Both the position numbers and the translations under genes were made by a program. Below, piece by piece: positions 1 to 8,452 of a DNA stretch of 64,000 bases; within the stretch, counting starts at the first letter, position 1, and each line of letters starts with the position of its first letter. Below the pieces are notes generated by a model. It worked only from the letters and a program-made list of their open reading frames with translations, searched no databases and was not told where the DNA came from. This DNA comes from Marinicella sp. (GTDB taxonomy: Bacteria > Pseudomonadota > Gammaproteobacteria > Xanthomonadales > Marinicellaceae): the NCBI GenBank assembly GCA_965230295.1, contig OZ246001.1, forward strand, positions 1,440,001 to 1,504,000, written 5' to 3'.

Positions 1-14
1 GTACCTAAGCAGAC

Positions 15-482
15 TTAAATGACATCGTCTTGTTCCACCCCAAACAACAAGGCACCACTGGTGTATTGGTCACCAAATGTGGCCCTGGCTGTAGCAACCT
101 GCAAAATAGCCGATTTGAAAAACGATGGCTGCAAATCTGACAAAGGGTGAATAAACACCGACCATACGATGCCATCTGATATGGCATATCTGGCATCTAA
201 TGCAGTGTGAAAGTTGGCTTCCATGGCTTTTTCAAGCATGCCAGCTTGCAAGTTTTTGGTTTCAATGATGGGTGATACCAATCGCATCCGATCGGCGTTG
301 GTGTCATGAATCAAAAACATCGAAACACCTTGGAATGAAAACTGCACTGAATTGCCTTCAACTTTCACATCTTCTGACAGTTCATTGATGATTTCTTCAA
401 GTGCTTTTGATGTCATCCTTTCAGCAGAATGTGCAGCACTTATGCCAGATAAAATTAACCCAATTATTAGTATGGTTCTCAT
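15..482 (-). CDS. Secreted hypothetical protein, YbjN/CesT-like chaperone fold
   Basis: 155-aa ORF with an N-terminal signal peptide (MRTILIIGLILSGISAAHSA). The ADRMRLVSPI..ANFHTALDARYA segment resembles YbjN-like proteins. Confidence 0.55.
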   Translation of the reverse strand: MRTILIIGLILSGISAAHSAERMTSKALEEIINELSEDVKVEGNSVQFSFQGVSMFLIHDTNADRMRLVSPIIETKNLQAGMLEKAMEANFHTALDARYAISDGIVWSVFIHPLSDLQPSFFKSAILQVATARATFGDQYTSGALLFGVEQDDVI

Positions 483-647
483 AGCTGTTTTCCTTCATTG
501 TAAGGCGGTAAATACCTCTGCATTTAAACGCAAAGACCTGCTTATCAGAATCAGACAGGAATATTTCATAATAAATGACAATTTTGTTCATACAATTTAT
601 CAAATTGGATGAATGACCTCATTTGATGTTTAAAATAATATAGGCAC

Positions 648-674
648 AAAAAAGCCACTGAAGACAGTGGCTTT
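648..674 (-). terminator. Rho-independent terminator of the blaI-M56 operon
   Basis: 10-bp stem AAAGCCACTG-aaga-CAGTGGCTTT with an A-run on its left side (U-tract on the - strand), just past the M56 stop codon. Confidence 0.8.
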
Positions 675-696
675 ACAAGTTCATGACTCGATGAAA

Positions 697-3015
697 TCAG
701 CTGATGGCTGCCAGAACCCGGTTGCGCTCGTATTTGCTACCAATGGATCGGGCCGCTGTTTTGATGTGGGCCTTCACGCTGTCATTAACGGTTTGGTTTT
801 CAGTGATGCTGAGTAACAGACTGGCCAACTCAAAATCAGAGCCAATGTGGGCAGCAGCCGTTTGAATCATCCGCTCTAAGTGATGGGTTTGTAAGTCATG
901 TTTGAGCAAATCTGCGTACACCTTTTTCATTTCAAAATCAGAACCGATGTGGGTGGCCAGATCCAGATAGGCGTTGAAAACCTGATCGCTGGCATTGGCT
1001 TGATCGATGTGTTTATTGGCTGCTATCATCACTTTAGCCAACTCAAAATCTGAACCAATGTCTTGTGCCAAAGAAAATAGGTTTTGTACATTTACTGGTT
1101 CATCGGCTTTGCGTTCAAGATAGGCCATCAGTACTTTGGCCATTTCAAAGTCAGAACCAATGCTTTCAGCGGCTACAAAATAAGCCTGGTTGATCGCTTC
1201 ACTGCTGGGTAACTGAGGCAGCACATTGAGCATGGTTTTCGCCATCTCAAAATCTGAACCGATGCTTTCGGTGCTGGCAAAGTAATCCAGCCACAAATCT
1301 TCAGAATCCAACTCTTGAGTCTTAACCAGTTTAGACAGCACTGAACTGAGCTCAAAGTCTGATCCTATCTCAGCGGCCAATTGCATGGTAAGGCTTAAGT
1401 CACTGTCGTTCAATGTAGATATTTTGAACAGGTGTGACAGGTAGGTTTTTCGGACAAAATCATTCTCAATCAAGCTCACTTCGTTGAGCACACCTTCATC
1501 ACCACCACTTTCACGAATGCGTTCCACCCGGGCTTTGGCCTGCAGCCCGGTTTCTCGCCAGACCAGTGGCATGACTTCAGACAACCATTGACGCGCTTGA
1601 GGGCCAAAGGTCTTTTCATCACCCTCATACCAATAGGTGTATTCGGCATTTTCGGCATTGGCGCCAGGTGCACTCTCAATCAGTATGCGTTGTTTGATAC
1701 CATCTTCGGTGTGGGTTAAATCAAAACGGCTGTTTTTTGGAAATGAAACAATCTGCGTTTCATCGGCATTGAATTCAATGTCGCCTTTCAGTTTGGCCTT
1801 GAGTTTAAGTTTGCGATCATCTCGGGAAGAACTGAGTGAAATATCAGTGACACCACCGTCGGTTTCGGTGTGATGGTAAGATGAACCGGCCAAAAAATGT
1901 ACGGCTGTTGTTTGGGCCACCACACCAGGGGCGGAAACCACGATAAAGGAGATGGCTGCCAGCAGACCGACGGTCCACAAGCGACTGGTTTTGTATTGAT
2001 TGGGCTGCATGATGTTTTCAACACGCTGCAAGAGTTTACTTTTTTTGGTTGTCATAGCGGGTACCATTTGAAATTGGGGTTGATATTGCTGATGGGTTTT
2101 TGCCACATCCACCAGGGTGACGGCTAAGGCACGAGGATTGTCGGTCCATGCAGCAGCCATTAAATCGGCTTTTTGTTCAGTGGCTTGATGAATGTGTTGT
2201 AACAACAAGCGGTTCAATGGTTGAAAAAACAACAACACCTGAAACCACTGTGAAATCGTTAACCACAGGCCATCATGCCTTTTGATGTGGGCCAATTCAT
2301 GGGCCAATGCGGCTTCTATTTGATCGGCTTCACTGTGTTGTAAAAACGCCGTTGGACAGACCACTTCCTGACCCATGGCAATGGGCGTGGTTAAGACGTC
2401 AGATTGGCTTATTTTAACTTCCGAAGACAGGCCACTGTGCTGAATCAACTGGTTAAAAATCACCTGTATGGCCTGGTCAGTAACCGGCTGTCTTTGTTTC
2501 ATCAACTGATGCCAATGCCAGTGGGTTTTACCGAGTCGATAAAACAAGGCGCCCATACACATTGACCACAGCAACAGCCAGGCCCATGTCGCATTGATGG
2601 AGCCTGAAATGTGTGCTTTTTCATTTGGCGCACTTATGTTTTTTGGCTGAACCGGGGGTGCGTGCGGCATTAAAGCAACTTGTGCATCAGGCTTTTGAGA
2701 CTCTTCTACCATGGGTTGCTTCTGTACTTTACTGGTTTGCTCTTTCGCCTTTGGTTCCGTTTTTTGAATGCCGCTGGCCCATTGAACTTGCCACACTGAC
2801 CAGCCTTGCGGAATCCACCCATTGGTTTGTACCAAAGCCGTGAAAAAACCCAGTAACAAAGCGGACTTCATCACCCATTCACCCAGCCGATCAAAGGCCA
2901 ACAAACGAAATCGTACGGCCAACAAGACCAAGCCAATCAAGAGGGTTGAATGAATGAAATAGTTGATTGAGAACAGCACCAACTGCTCAGCCAACTCATT
3001 GATCCAGTTAATCAC
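697..3015 (-). CDS. BlaR1/MecR1-family M56 metallopeptidase with a C-terminal IGSDFE-repeat domain
   Basis: N-terminal TM helices, HELAH zinc motif (ALAHELAHIKRHD), EQKAD third-ligand motif and a further TM segment. About 8 copies of I(G/E)(S/N)(D/K)(F/Y) follow. Overlaps a BlaI-family gene. Confidence 0.9.
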   Translation of the reverse strand: MINWINELAEQLVLFSINYFIHSTLLIGLVLLAVRFRLLAFDRLGEWVMKSALLLGFFTALVQTNGWIPQGWSVWQVQWASGIQKTEPKAKEQTSKVQKQPMVEESQKPDAQVALMPHAPPVQPKNISAPNEKAHISGSINATWAWLLLWSMCMGALFYRLGKTHWHWHQLMKQRQPVTDQAIQVIFNQLIQHSGLSSEVKISQSDVLTTPIAMGQEVVCPTAFLQHSEADQIEAALAHELAHIKRHDGLWLTISQWFQVLLFFQPLNRLLLQHIHQATEQKADLMAAAWTDNPRALAVTLVDVAKTHQQYQPQFQMVPAMTTKKSKLLQRVENIMQPNQYKTSRLWTVGLLAAISFIVVSAPGVVAQTTAVHFLAGSSYHHTETDGGVTDISLSSSRDDRKLKLKAKLKGDIEFNADETQIVSFPKNSRFDLTHTEDGIKQRILIESAPGANAENAEYTYWYEGDEKTFGPQARQWLSEVMPLVWRETGLQAKARVERIRESGGDEGVLNEVSLIENDFVRKTYLSHLFKISTLNDSDLSLTMQLAAEIGSDFELSSVLSKLVKTQELDSEDLWLDYFASTESIGSDFEMAKTMLNVLPQLPSSEAINQAYFVAAESIGSDFEMAKVLMAYLERKADEPVNVQNLFSLAQDIGSDFELAKVMIAANKHIDQANASDQVFNAYLDLATHIGSDFEMKKVYADLLKHDLQTHHLERMIQTAAAHIGSDFELASLLLSITENQTVNDSVKAHIKTAARSIGSKYERNRVLAAIS

Positions 3016-3397
3016 GATTCACCTCCTGATCCAGTAGGTCTTTGATTTTTTTTACATCCTCTTCTGAAACCGTTTCCTGATCCACCAGATGATGTACCAA
3101 GGCTTCAGGTTCGCCATCAAACAAATGGTTCAATAAATTACCCAGCATGGATGATCGAACTTCGGTTTCAGAAACTTGTGCAAAATACAGGTATTGGCGA
3201 CCCTTTTTTTCAAACCCCACAATGTCTTTTTCCTGTAGGCGTTTAAGCATGGTCGCAACGGTGGTCAACGCCAGCGGTTTGTGTTGATTAAGCTGTTGAT
3301 GCACATCACTGACACTCAGCTTTGGAGACTGCCACAACACCTTCATCACGTCGATTTGTGACTGGCTGAGCTTGATTGGTTTGTTTTGTTTGGTCAT
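3008..3397 (-). CDS. BlaI/MecI/CopY family transcriptional repressor
   Basis: LSQSQIDVMKVLW..TTVATMLKRLQEKDIV..GRQYLY winged-helix signature. Start reassigned to ATG 3397 because the track's longer N-terminus runs through the promoter. Confidence 0.92.
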   Translation of the reverse strand: MTKQNKPIKLSQSQIDVMKVLWQSPKLSVSDVHQQLNQHKPLALTTVATMLKRLQEKDIVGFEKKGRQYLYFAQVSETEVRSSMLGNLLNHLFDGEPEALVHHLVDQETVSEEDVKKIKDLLDQEVNRD

Positions 3398-3412
3398 GAA
3401 ATCTGTGTTATT

Positions 3413-3457
3413 ACTACAACTGTAGTTTAATTTAATACTACATATGTAGTTTGTCAA
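3413..3457 (-). promoter_or_regulatory. Sigma70 promoter of blaI with two BlaI/CopY-type operators
   Basis: ACTACAACTGTAGT (3413-3426) and ACTACATATGTAGT (3437-3450) both match TACAnnTGTA. On the - strand, TTGACA (3457-3452) is followed by 17 bp and TAAATT (3434-3429). Confidence 0.85.
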
Positions 3458-3530
3458 CATTTTTTTAACCTTTTGTTTCTTTATTCGCATAAGAAAGGTA
3501 TATTGATAACAAATAAATTCGGACAAAGGA

Positions 3531-4357
3531 ATGACAAAAACACTGCTGATCAGCACCTTATTATGCTTCTTCTTGTTCAACTCTGAAGCAGAAACTAGGG
3601 CCTGTTAACACTAAATTAATGGCCACTGCTGAAACCGTATTTTTCAGCCAACAACGCCACCCATCGTGATATGTGGTCACTCCACATGAACGATTGGCTA
3701 AGACCGGTGGGTGGAAAATACGGTCCAGCCCGATGGGTTAGGGTTGAAAACACCACACCCTGCGTTGCTCATCACTCAATTGGCATGCCAAATCACGCGA
3801 TTCGCGCCTTGATAGTGATGTTTTCAGTCATAACAGTCGTCATTTATTTAGTGTTAACAGGCCCTAAATTCAAAACCCAAATACTTGAACCATTGGGTGG
3901 CAAGATCCAAATGCCTAAAGACTGGTTCTACAATGAACGTCACGGTGGCGCATCTTACATATGGATCCTATCTAAAGAGGACCTCGATAATGGCCCTTAT
4001 GTAACCGGTGTCAAAATCCAAATCATAGGTGGCATTGAAGAGGGCACAGGTCAATCGCCTGAACAGTTCATGCAGGATTTTGCGTCACAAAAGAAGGGCC
4101 AGGTGAAAGTCTTGAATGAATGCAAAGCCCAAGAACAAGATTTTTTTATCAGAACATGCTTGCAAACCATCGAACCGGCTAAAGAACTGGGGGAAGAGAT
4201 CAATTACCGCATTCAGTATTCCATATTTTGGAACAATGAGATGGACATGGCGGTGTTGATGATTCAGGGCACAACCGAAGAATTGTGGGAAAAATACTTA
4301 CCTATATTCAGCACCATGCAAGATTTTGAAATGATCGACATGTCTCGATTTGAGTGA
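3531..4357 (+). pseudogene. Secreted hypothetical protein interrupted by a MITE
   Basis: AAAGGA RBS and ATG 3531 encode the signal-peptide-like MTKTLLISTLLCFFLFNSEAET. Removing 3598-3866 (element plus one TA) fuses this in frame to KFKTQILEPLGG... up to the stop at 4357. Confidence 0.85.
3598..3864. mobile_element. 267-bp MITE with ~24-bp terminal inverted repeats and TA target duplication
   Basis: Left end GGGCCTGTTAACACTAAATTAATG and right end CATTTATTTAGTGTTAACAGGCCC differ by 1 mismatch. TA flanks both sides (3596-3597, 3865-3866). No transposase; nested internal hairpins. Confidence 0.9.
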
Positions 4358-4358
4358 T

Positions 4359-5639
4359 TTAAAAACGATCGACAGCATACGCAGATAGGTCCAATTCTGT
4401 GGTTGTCTTACTGATCAGTTCTGCCACCAATTTACCGGTGGCTGGAGCCAGGGTGAGGCCAAGCATGTTATGACCAGTGGCAACCACAACATTGTCAAGA
4501 CTGGGCAGTCGATCAATGATCGGTAAACTGTCATACGTCATGGGACGCCAGCCATACCAAGGTTCGGCATCGATGGTAGACAATGGATCCTTCAAATAGG
4601 CTTCTGCCGAATCGATCAACAAATCAATGCGATGTTGTGGAATGCGTTCATTGAACCCGACAAACTCCATCATCGAACCCACCCGCAAAGCCCCTTTAAA
4701 AGGTGTGAGTCCGACACTTTTCTCAGGAAACAGTACCGGAACTTGCAAATTCGATTGAGCATGGGGCAAGGTGACTGAATACCCTTTGCCCGGTTCCACC
4801 GGTAACTTCACATCTAATTGTTTAGCCAGTTTTGAACTCCAGGCACCGGTTGCAATGACGTATTGATCGGCTTTGAGTTCGCCCTGGCTGGTGACCAGTG
4901 ATTGGATGTTGCCGGATCGCTTATTGATGGTTTGTAGCTGGCAGTTTTCGATGAATTGAACGCCTCGCTTTTTGAGCAGCTGTGCCCAGTTATTGGCAAA
5001 CTGCGATGGATTTAAATGGGCATCTTGTTCATAGATGAAGGCGCCTGCCAAATCATCGATCAAAACCGGTTCAAACGCCTGTAATTCCGAGCTGTTTAAA
5101 AATTGGGCTGCAGCACCATAGGTTTCGCCCAAATAGTCATTGGTTTGTTTGAAGTCTTGCATGGCCTTTGTAGATTTAAAGGCATACATCAAGCCTTTGG
5201 TCTGCCATCCACAGTCCATCGACTCAGCAGCCATCAATTCATCATATGATTGCCTGGATAAATCCAACAGCTGATGCAAATGTTTACCCGCATGTGCCAC
5301 ATGGTTTTGGTGACAACGCTTGGCCAACTGTAGCAGCCAAGTGTATAAGGCAGGACGCCATTGAGGCTTGATGCGAAACGGTGAACGCGGCGTCAACATC
5401 GACTTCATGCCTTTGCTGATCATTCCCGGTACAGCCAATGGCATGATGTGACTGGGACATATATAACCACAATTACCATAAGAACATGCATGGGCTATTT
5501 GGCCCTGATCGATCACGGTCACTGCATGATTCTGCTCGGTCAAATAATGGGCGCAGGCCAAACCAATGATCCCCGCCCCGACCACCAAAACATCTGTTGA
5601 TGTTTGATCCGTTGTCTTTTGGTCAATGCTTGGCATCAT
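4359..5639 (-). CDS. FAD-dependent D-amino acid dehydrogenase, probable cis-4-hydroxy-D-proline dehydrogenase
   Basis: GAGIIG FAD motif, SYGNCG, GWRPMT and ATGHNMLGLT (DadA family); in an operon with the Hyp epimerase. Confidence 0.85.
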   Translation of the reverse strand: MMPSIDQKTTDQTSTDVLVVGAGIIGLACAHYLTEQNHAVTVIDQGQIAHACSYGNCGYICPSHIMPLAVPGMISKGMKSMLTPRSPFRIKPQWRPALYTWLLQLAKRCHQNHVAHAGKHLHQLLDLSRQSYDELMAAESMDCGWQTKGLMYAFKSTKAMQDFKQTNDYLGETYGAAAQFLNSSELQAFEPVLIDDLAGAFIYEQDAHLNPSQFANNWAQLLKKRGVQFIENCQLQTINKRSGNIQSLVTSQGELKADQYVIATGAWSSKLAKQLDVKLPVEPGKGYSVTLPHAQSNLQVPVLFPEKSVGLTPFKGALRVGSMMEFVGFNERIPQHRIDLLIDSAEAYLKDPLSTIDAEPWYGWRPMTYDSLPIIDRLPSLDNVVVATGHNMLGLTLAPATGKLVAELISKTTTELDLSAYAVDRF

Positions 5640-6571
5640 TGAGTTATACCATATTTAAACGGATCATTGTTTTGCATGAAAAGGATACTGCTACCTGTGA
5701 CATAGGCCCTGCCACTGATCGACGGCACCACCTGATTTTCATCGTTGATGCGGTAAGTGGCCTCAAAGCGGCTGTTGATGATGCTGTCCTGGATCCACTT
5801 TTCGCCAGGTTGTAACTGCCCATGAGCTGCCAGGCAGGCTACTTTGGCACTGGTGCCCGTTCCACAAGGGGATCGGTCATAGGCATTTCCAGGGCATAAG
5901 ACGAAGTTCTTGCTGTGTGCATCTGAACAGGCAGGATCACCAAATAACTCAATGTGATCGATTTCTGCACCGTCGTGTCCTGTGATACCTTGGGATGACA
6001 AAGTTTGCTTGATGGCTGCAGCAAAACTCGACAAGTCATCGACATTTTGTTGATCCAGTTTGATGTCCAGTCCTTGGGTAAGAAAAAACCAGTTACCTCC
6101 CCAGGCCACATCACCGCAGACCATACCATGGTCATCAACCTGGATCGACACATTCGACTGGTACAGGTAGCTGGGCACGTTTTCAACTTGATAGGTTGAA
6201 TCATCCAGGACCGCAACTTTCACTATTCCAACCGGTGTTTCAAAGCAAACCATGCCAGTATCGATCAAACCCAAATGTTTCATGGTGGCGGCCACTCCCA
6301 TGATGCCATGACCGCACATACCCAAATAGCCTGCATTGTTAAAGAAAATCACCCCAGCTGCACAACGTTCATCAGTGGGCGGGCACAACATGGCTCCGAC
6401 CAGGACATCTGAACCTCTGGGCTCCAGTATGACGGCTGTTCTGAGGTGGTCAAAATGTTGCTGAAACACTTCAAGTCGTTGCGCCATTGAGCCACTGCCC
6501 AGGTCAGGCCCGCCTTCAATGATCACCCTTGTTGGCTCACCTTCGGTGTGAGAATCAATGACTTTCATCAA
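5636..6571 (-). CDS. 4-hydroxyproline 2-epimerase (proline racemase family)
   Basis: DSHTEGEPTR plus the catalytic MCGH and DRSPCGTGT motifs. Confidence 0.9.
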   Translation of the reverse strand: MMKVIDSHTEGEPTRVIIEGGPDLGSGSMAQRLEVFQQHFDHLRTAVILEPRGSDVLVGAMLCPPTDERCAAGVIFFNNAGYLGMCGHGIMGVAATMKHLGLIDTGMVCFETPVGIVKVAVLDDSTYQVENVPSYLYQSNVSIQVDDHGMVCGDVAWGGNWFFLTQGLDIKLDQQNVDDLSSFAAAIKQTLSSQGITGHDGAEIDHIELFGDPACSDAHSKNFVLCPGNAYDRSPCGTGTSAKVACLAAHGQLQPGEKWIQDSIINSRFEATYRINDENQVVPSISGRAYVTGSSILFMQNNDPFKYGITQ

Positions 6572-7527
6572 GCACCTGTGGCGTAATCTTTACCCGGCCA
6601 AGATGACCACCATTGCTTAAATCGATGCCACTCTGCAGTGACAAACGCACGTTGAGGGTCTGTCAGACGATCTTCGGCATTGAGGTGATGCTCATAACCT
6701 GAATGACCGGCCAACACCATCAGGTATTTGTAGTACAAAACCAAATCAGGACCTTCATCGAACAAGGCCAAAACCTTGAGGGCCGCATCCAACTCAGTGG
6801 CATGAATCCGGGCCTGGTGATCACCTTGGGCCGCTGCCTGACACAAAGCCATGAAGTGCAACACTTCTTCAGGCAGGGCATTGCCCACGCCAGTGATGGC
6901 ACCACCGGCATTACAATGCACAAAGCCATGCAATACCTGAGTATCTACACCCACCATTAAGGACAAGCCAGAGTCTCCAGAAGTGATGGTTTCAGCGGCA
7001 TAAGTCAATGCTTGCTCACCCCCAAACTCTTTAAATCCAACCAGATTCTTGTGTTTTTCACGCAGCACAAAAAATAAATCTGCTTTGGTTTCATAGCCAT
7101 AATATGGACTGTTATAAATCACACTGGGCAACTGATCAGCAGCTGATAAGATTCGGGAGAAGTGGCTGATCTGTGCAGCAGGCACCGAGCCCCTGGATAA
7201 AATCCGTGGAATGACCATCAAGCCCAATGCACCCACGTATTGAGCATGGCTGGCCAACTCAACGGCTTGTTGGGTGTTTTGGGCACCCGTACCAACCACC
7301 ACAGGAACGCCTGCCCTGATCAATGCCTCTACACCTGTTTTGCGCTGCTCTATGGTTAACAGCGGCCAGTCACCCATCGAACCACAATAAACCACTGCAG
7401 ACATGCCTTGTTCTATCAATGCAAGGCCTGTTTGCACCAATAGTTCAAAATCAGGCTCACCCTGTTCATTACAAGGCGTCATCAAAGCCGGCATACAGCC
7501 GCTAAAAACCGTGCTATTTTCTGTCAT
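6568..7527 (-). CDS. DHDPS-family protein, probable delta1-pyrroline-4-hydroxy-2-carboxylate deaminase
   Basis: GCMPALMTP, YCGSMGDW, YNSPYY and GFKEFGG motifs; Hyp catabolic context. Confidence 0.85.
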   Translation of the reverse strand: MTENSTVFSGCMPALMTPCNEQGEPDFELLVQTGLALIEQGMSAVVYCGSMGDWPLLTIEQRKTGVEALIRAGVPVVVGTGAQNTQQAVELASHAQYVGALGLMVIPRILSRGSVPAAQISHFSRILSAADQLPSVIYNSPYYGYETKADLFFVLREKHKNLVGFKEFGGEQALTYAAETITSGDSGLSLMVGVDTQVLHGFVHCNAGGAITGVGNALPEEVLHFMALCQAAAQGDHQARIHATELDAALKVLALFDEGPDLVLYYKYLMVLAGHSGYEHHLNAEDRLTDPQRAFVTAEWHRFKQWWSSWPGKDYATGA

Positions 7528-7666
7528 ATTATCACCTAAGTATTTATCAAATTAACCATCACTTTATCGCTGATGAAATATCATTTAAACTGTTGTTATA
7601 TAATATTTTTATTGATTTTATATTCTGTACATAAAACCAAGTTATAACTTTAATATATGCATAATT

Positions 7667-8452
7667 ATGAAAAATTCTGAAACTATAATTAACACCATCA
7701 CCCACCAATTGGGGGGCCTCAACATGGCCGAAGTCCTGTTTGATCATGTGCCTGAAATCGTGTTCTTTGTTAAAGACACCAACGGGCAATATTTAATGGT
7801 CAATCAAACCTTGGTGCTGCGTTGTGGCGCCAAAGAAAAAGCAGATTTAATTGGGTGCAAGGCCACCGAGGTATTTGGTACCGAAGTGGGAAAACATTAT
7901 GAACAACAAGACAGAAAAGTGATCAACAACCAACAAGCCATCATAAAACAGCTGGAATCACACCTGTACCCCACGCAAGAAATGGGCTGGTGTTTGACCA
8001 CCAAAGTGCCATTGCTCAATGACCAGTCCCAGTGTACTGGCCTGGTTGGGATTTCTCAGGATTTGAACTGGACCGATTTGTCTGAACATTTTCTGCAACA
8101 TGTTTCCAAAGCCATGAATTATGCAGAAACCCATTTACAACAAAATCCTTCGATTGCTGACATGGCCGATGCGGCCAACTTATCTTGCTATCAGCTGGAC
8201 CGGCGCATGAAGGCTTTATTTGGCATCACAACGGGGAAATGGTTACTCAAAACCAAAATTTCGAAGGCTTCACAACTGTTGATCAACTCTGAATTTTCAG
8301 TCTTGGACATTGCTCTGGCGGTTGGCTACAACGACCAGAGTGCTTTTACCCGTCAATTCAAAACCGCCACCGGATTAACACCGAGTGCTTTCAAAAAACG
8401 ACAACGCAATGAGCGCACCAAACCGGACACAGATATGAGGAAAAAACCATGA
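7667..8452 (+). CDS. AraC-family regulator with an N-terminal PAS-like domain
   Basis: FFVKDTNGQYLMVN PAS-like segment and IALAVGYNDQSAFTRQFK AraC HTH; divergent from the Hyp operon. Confidence 0.88.
   Translation: MKNSETIINTITHQLGGLNMAEVLFDHVPEIVFFVKDTNGQYLMVNQTLVLRCGAKEKADLIGCKATEVFGTEVGKHYEQQDRKVINNQQAIIKQLESHLYPTQEMGWCLTTKVPLLNDQSQCTGLVGISQDLNWTDLSEHFLQHVSKAMNYAETHLQQNPSIADMADAANLSCYQLDRRMKALFGITTGKWLLKTKISKASQLLINSEFSVLDIALAVGYNDQSAFTRQFKTATGLTPSAFKKRQRNERTKPDTDMRKKP

Noticed and set aside
3398-3580. 61-aa N-terminal extension of BlaI in the ORF track
   Set aside because: It runs through the operators, the promoter and the divergent gene start. ATG 3397 gives a normal family length.
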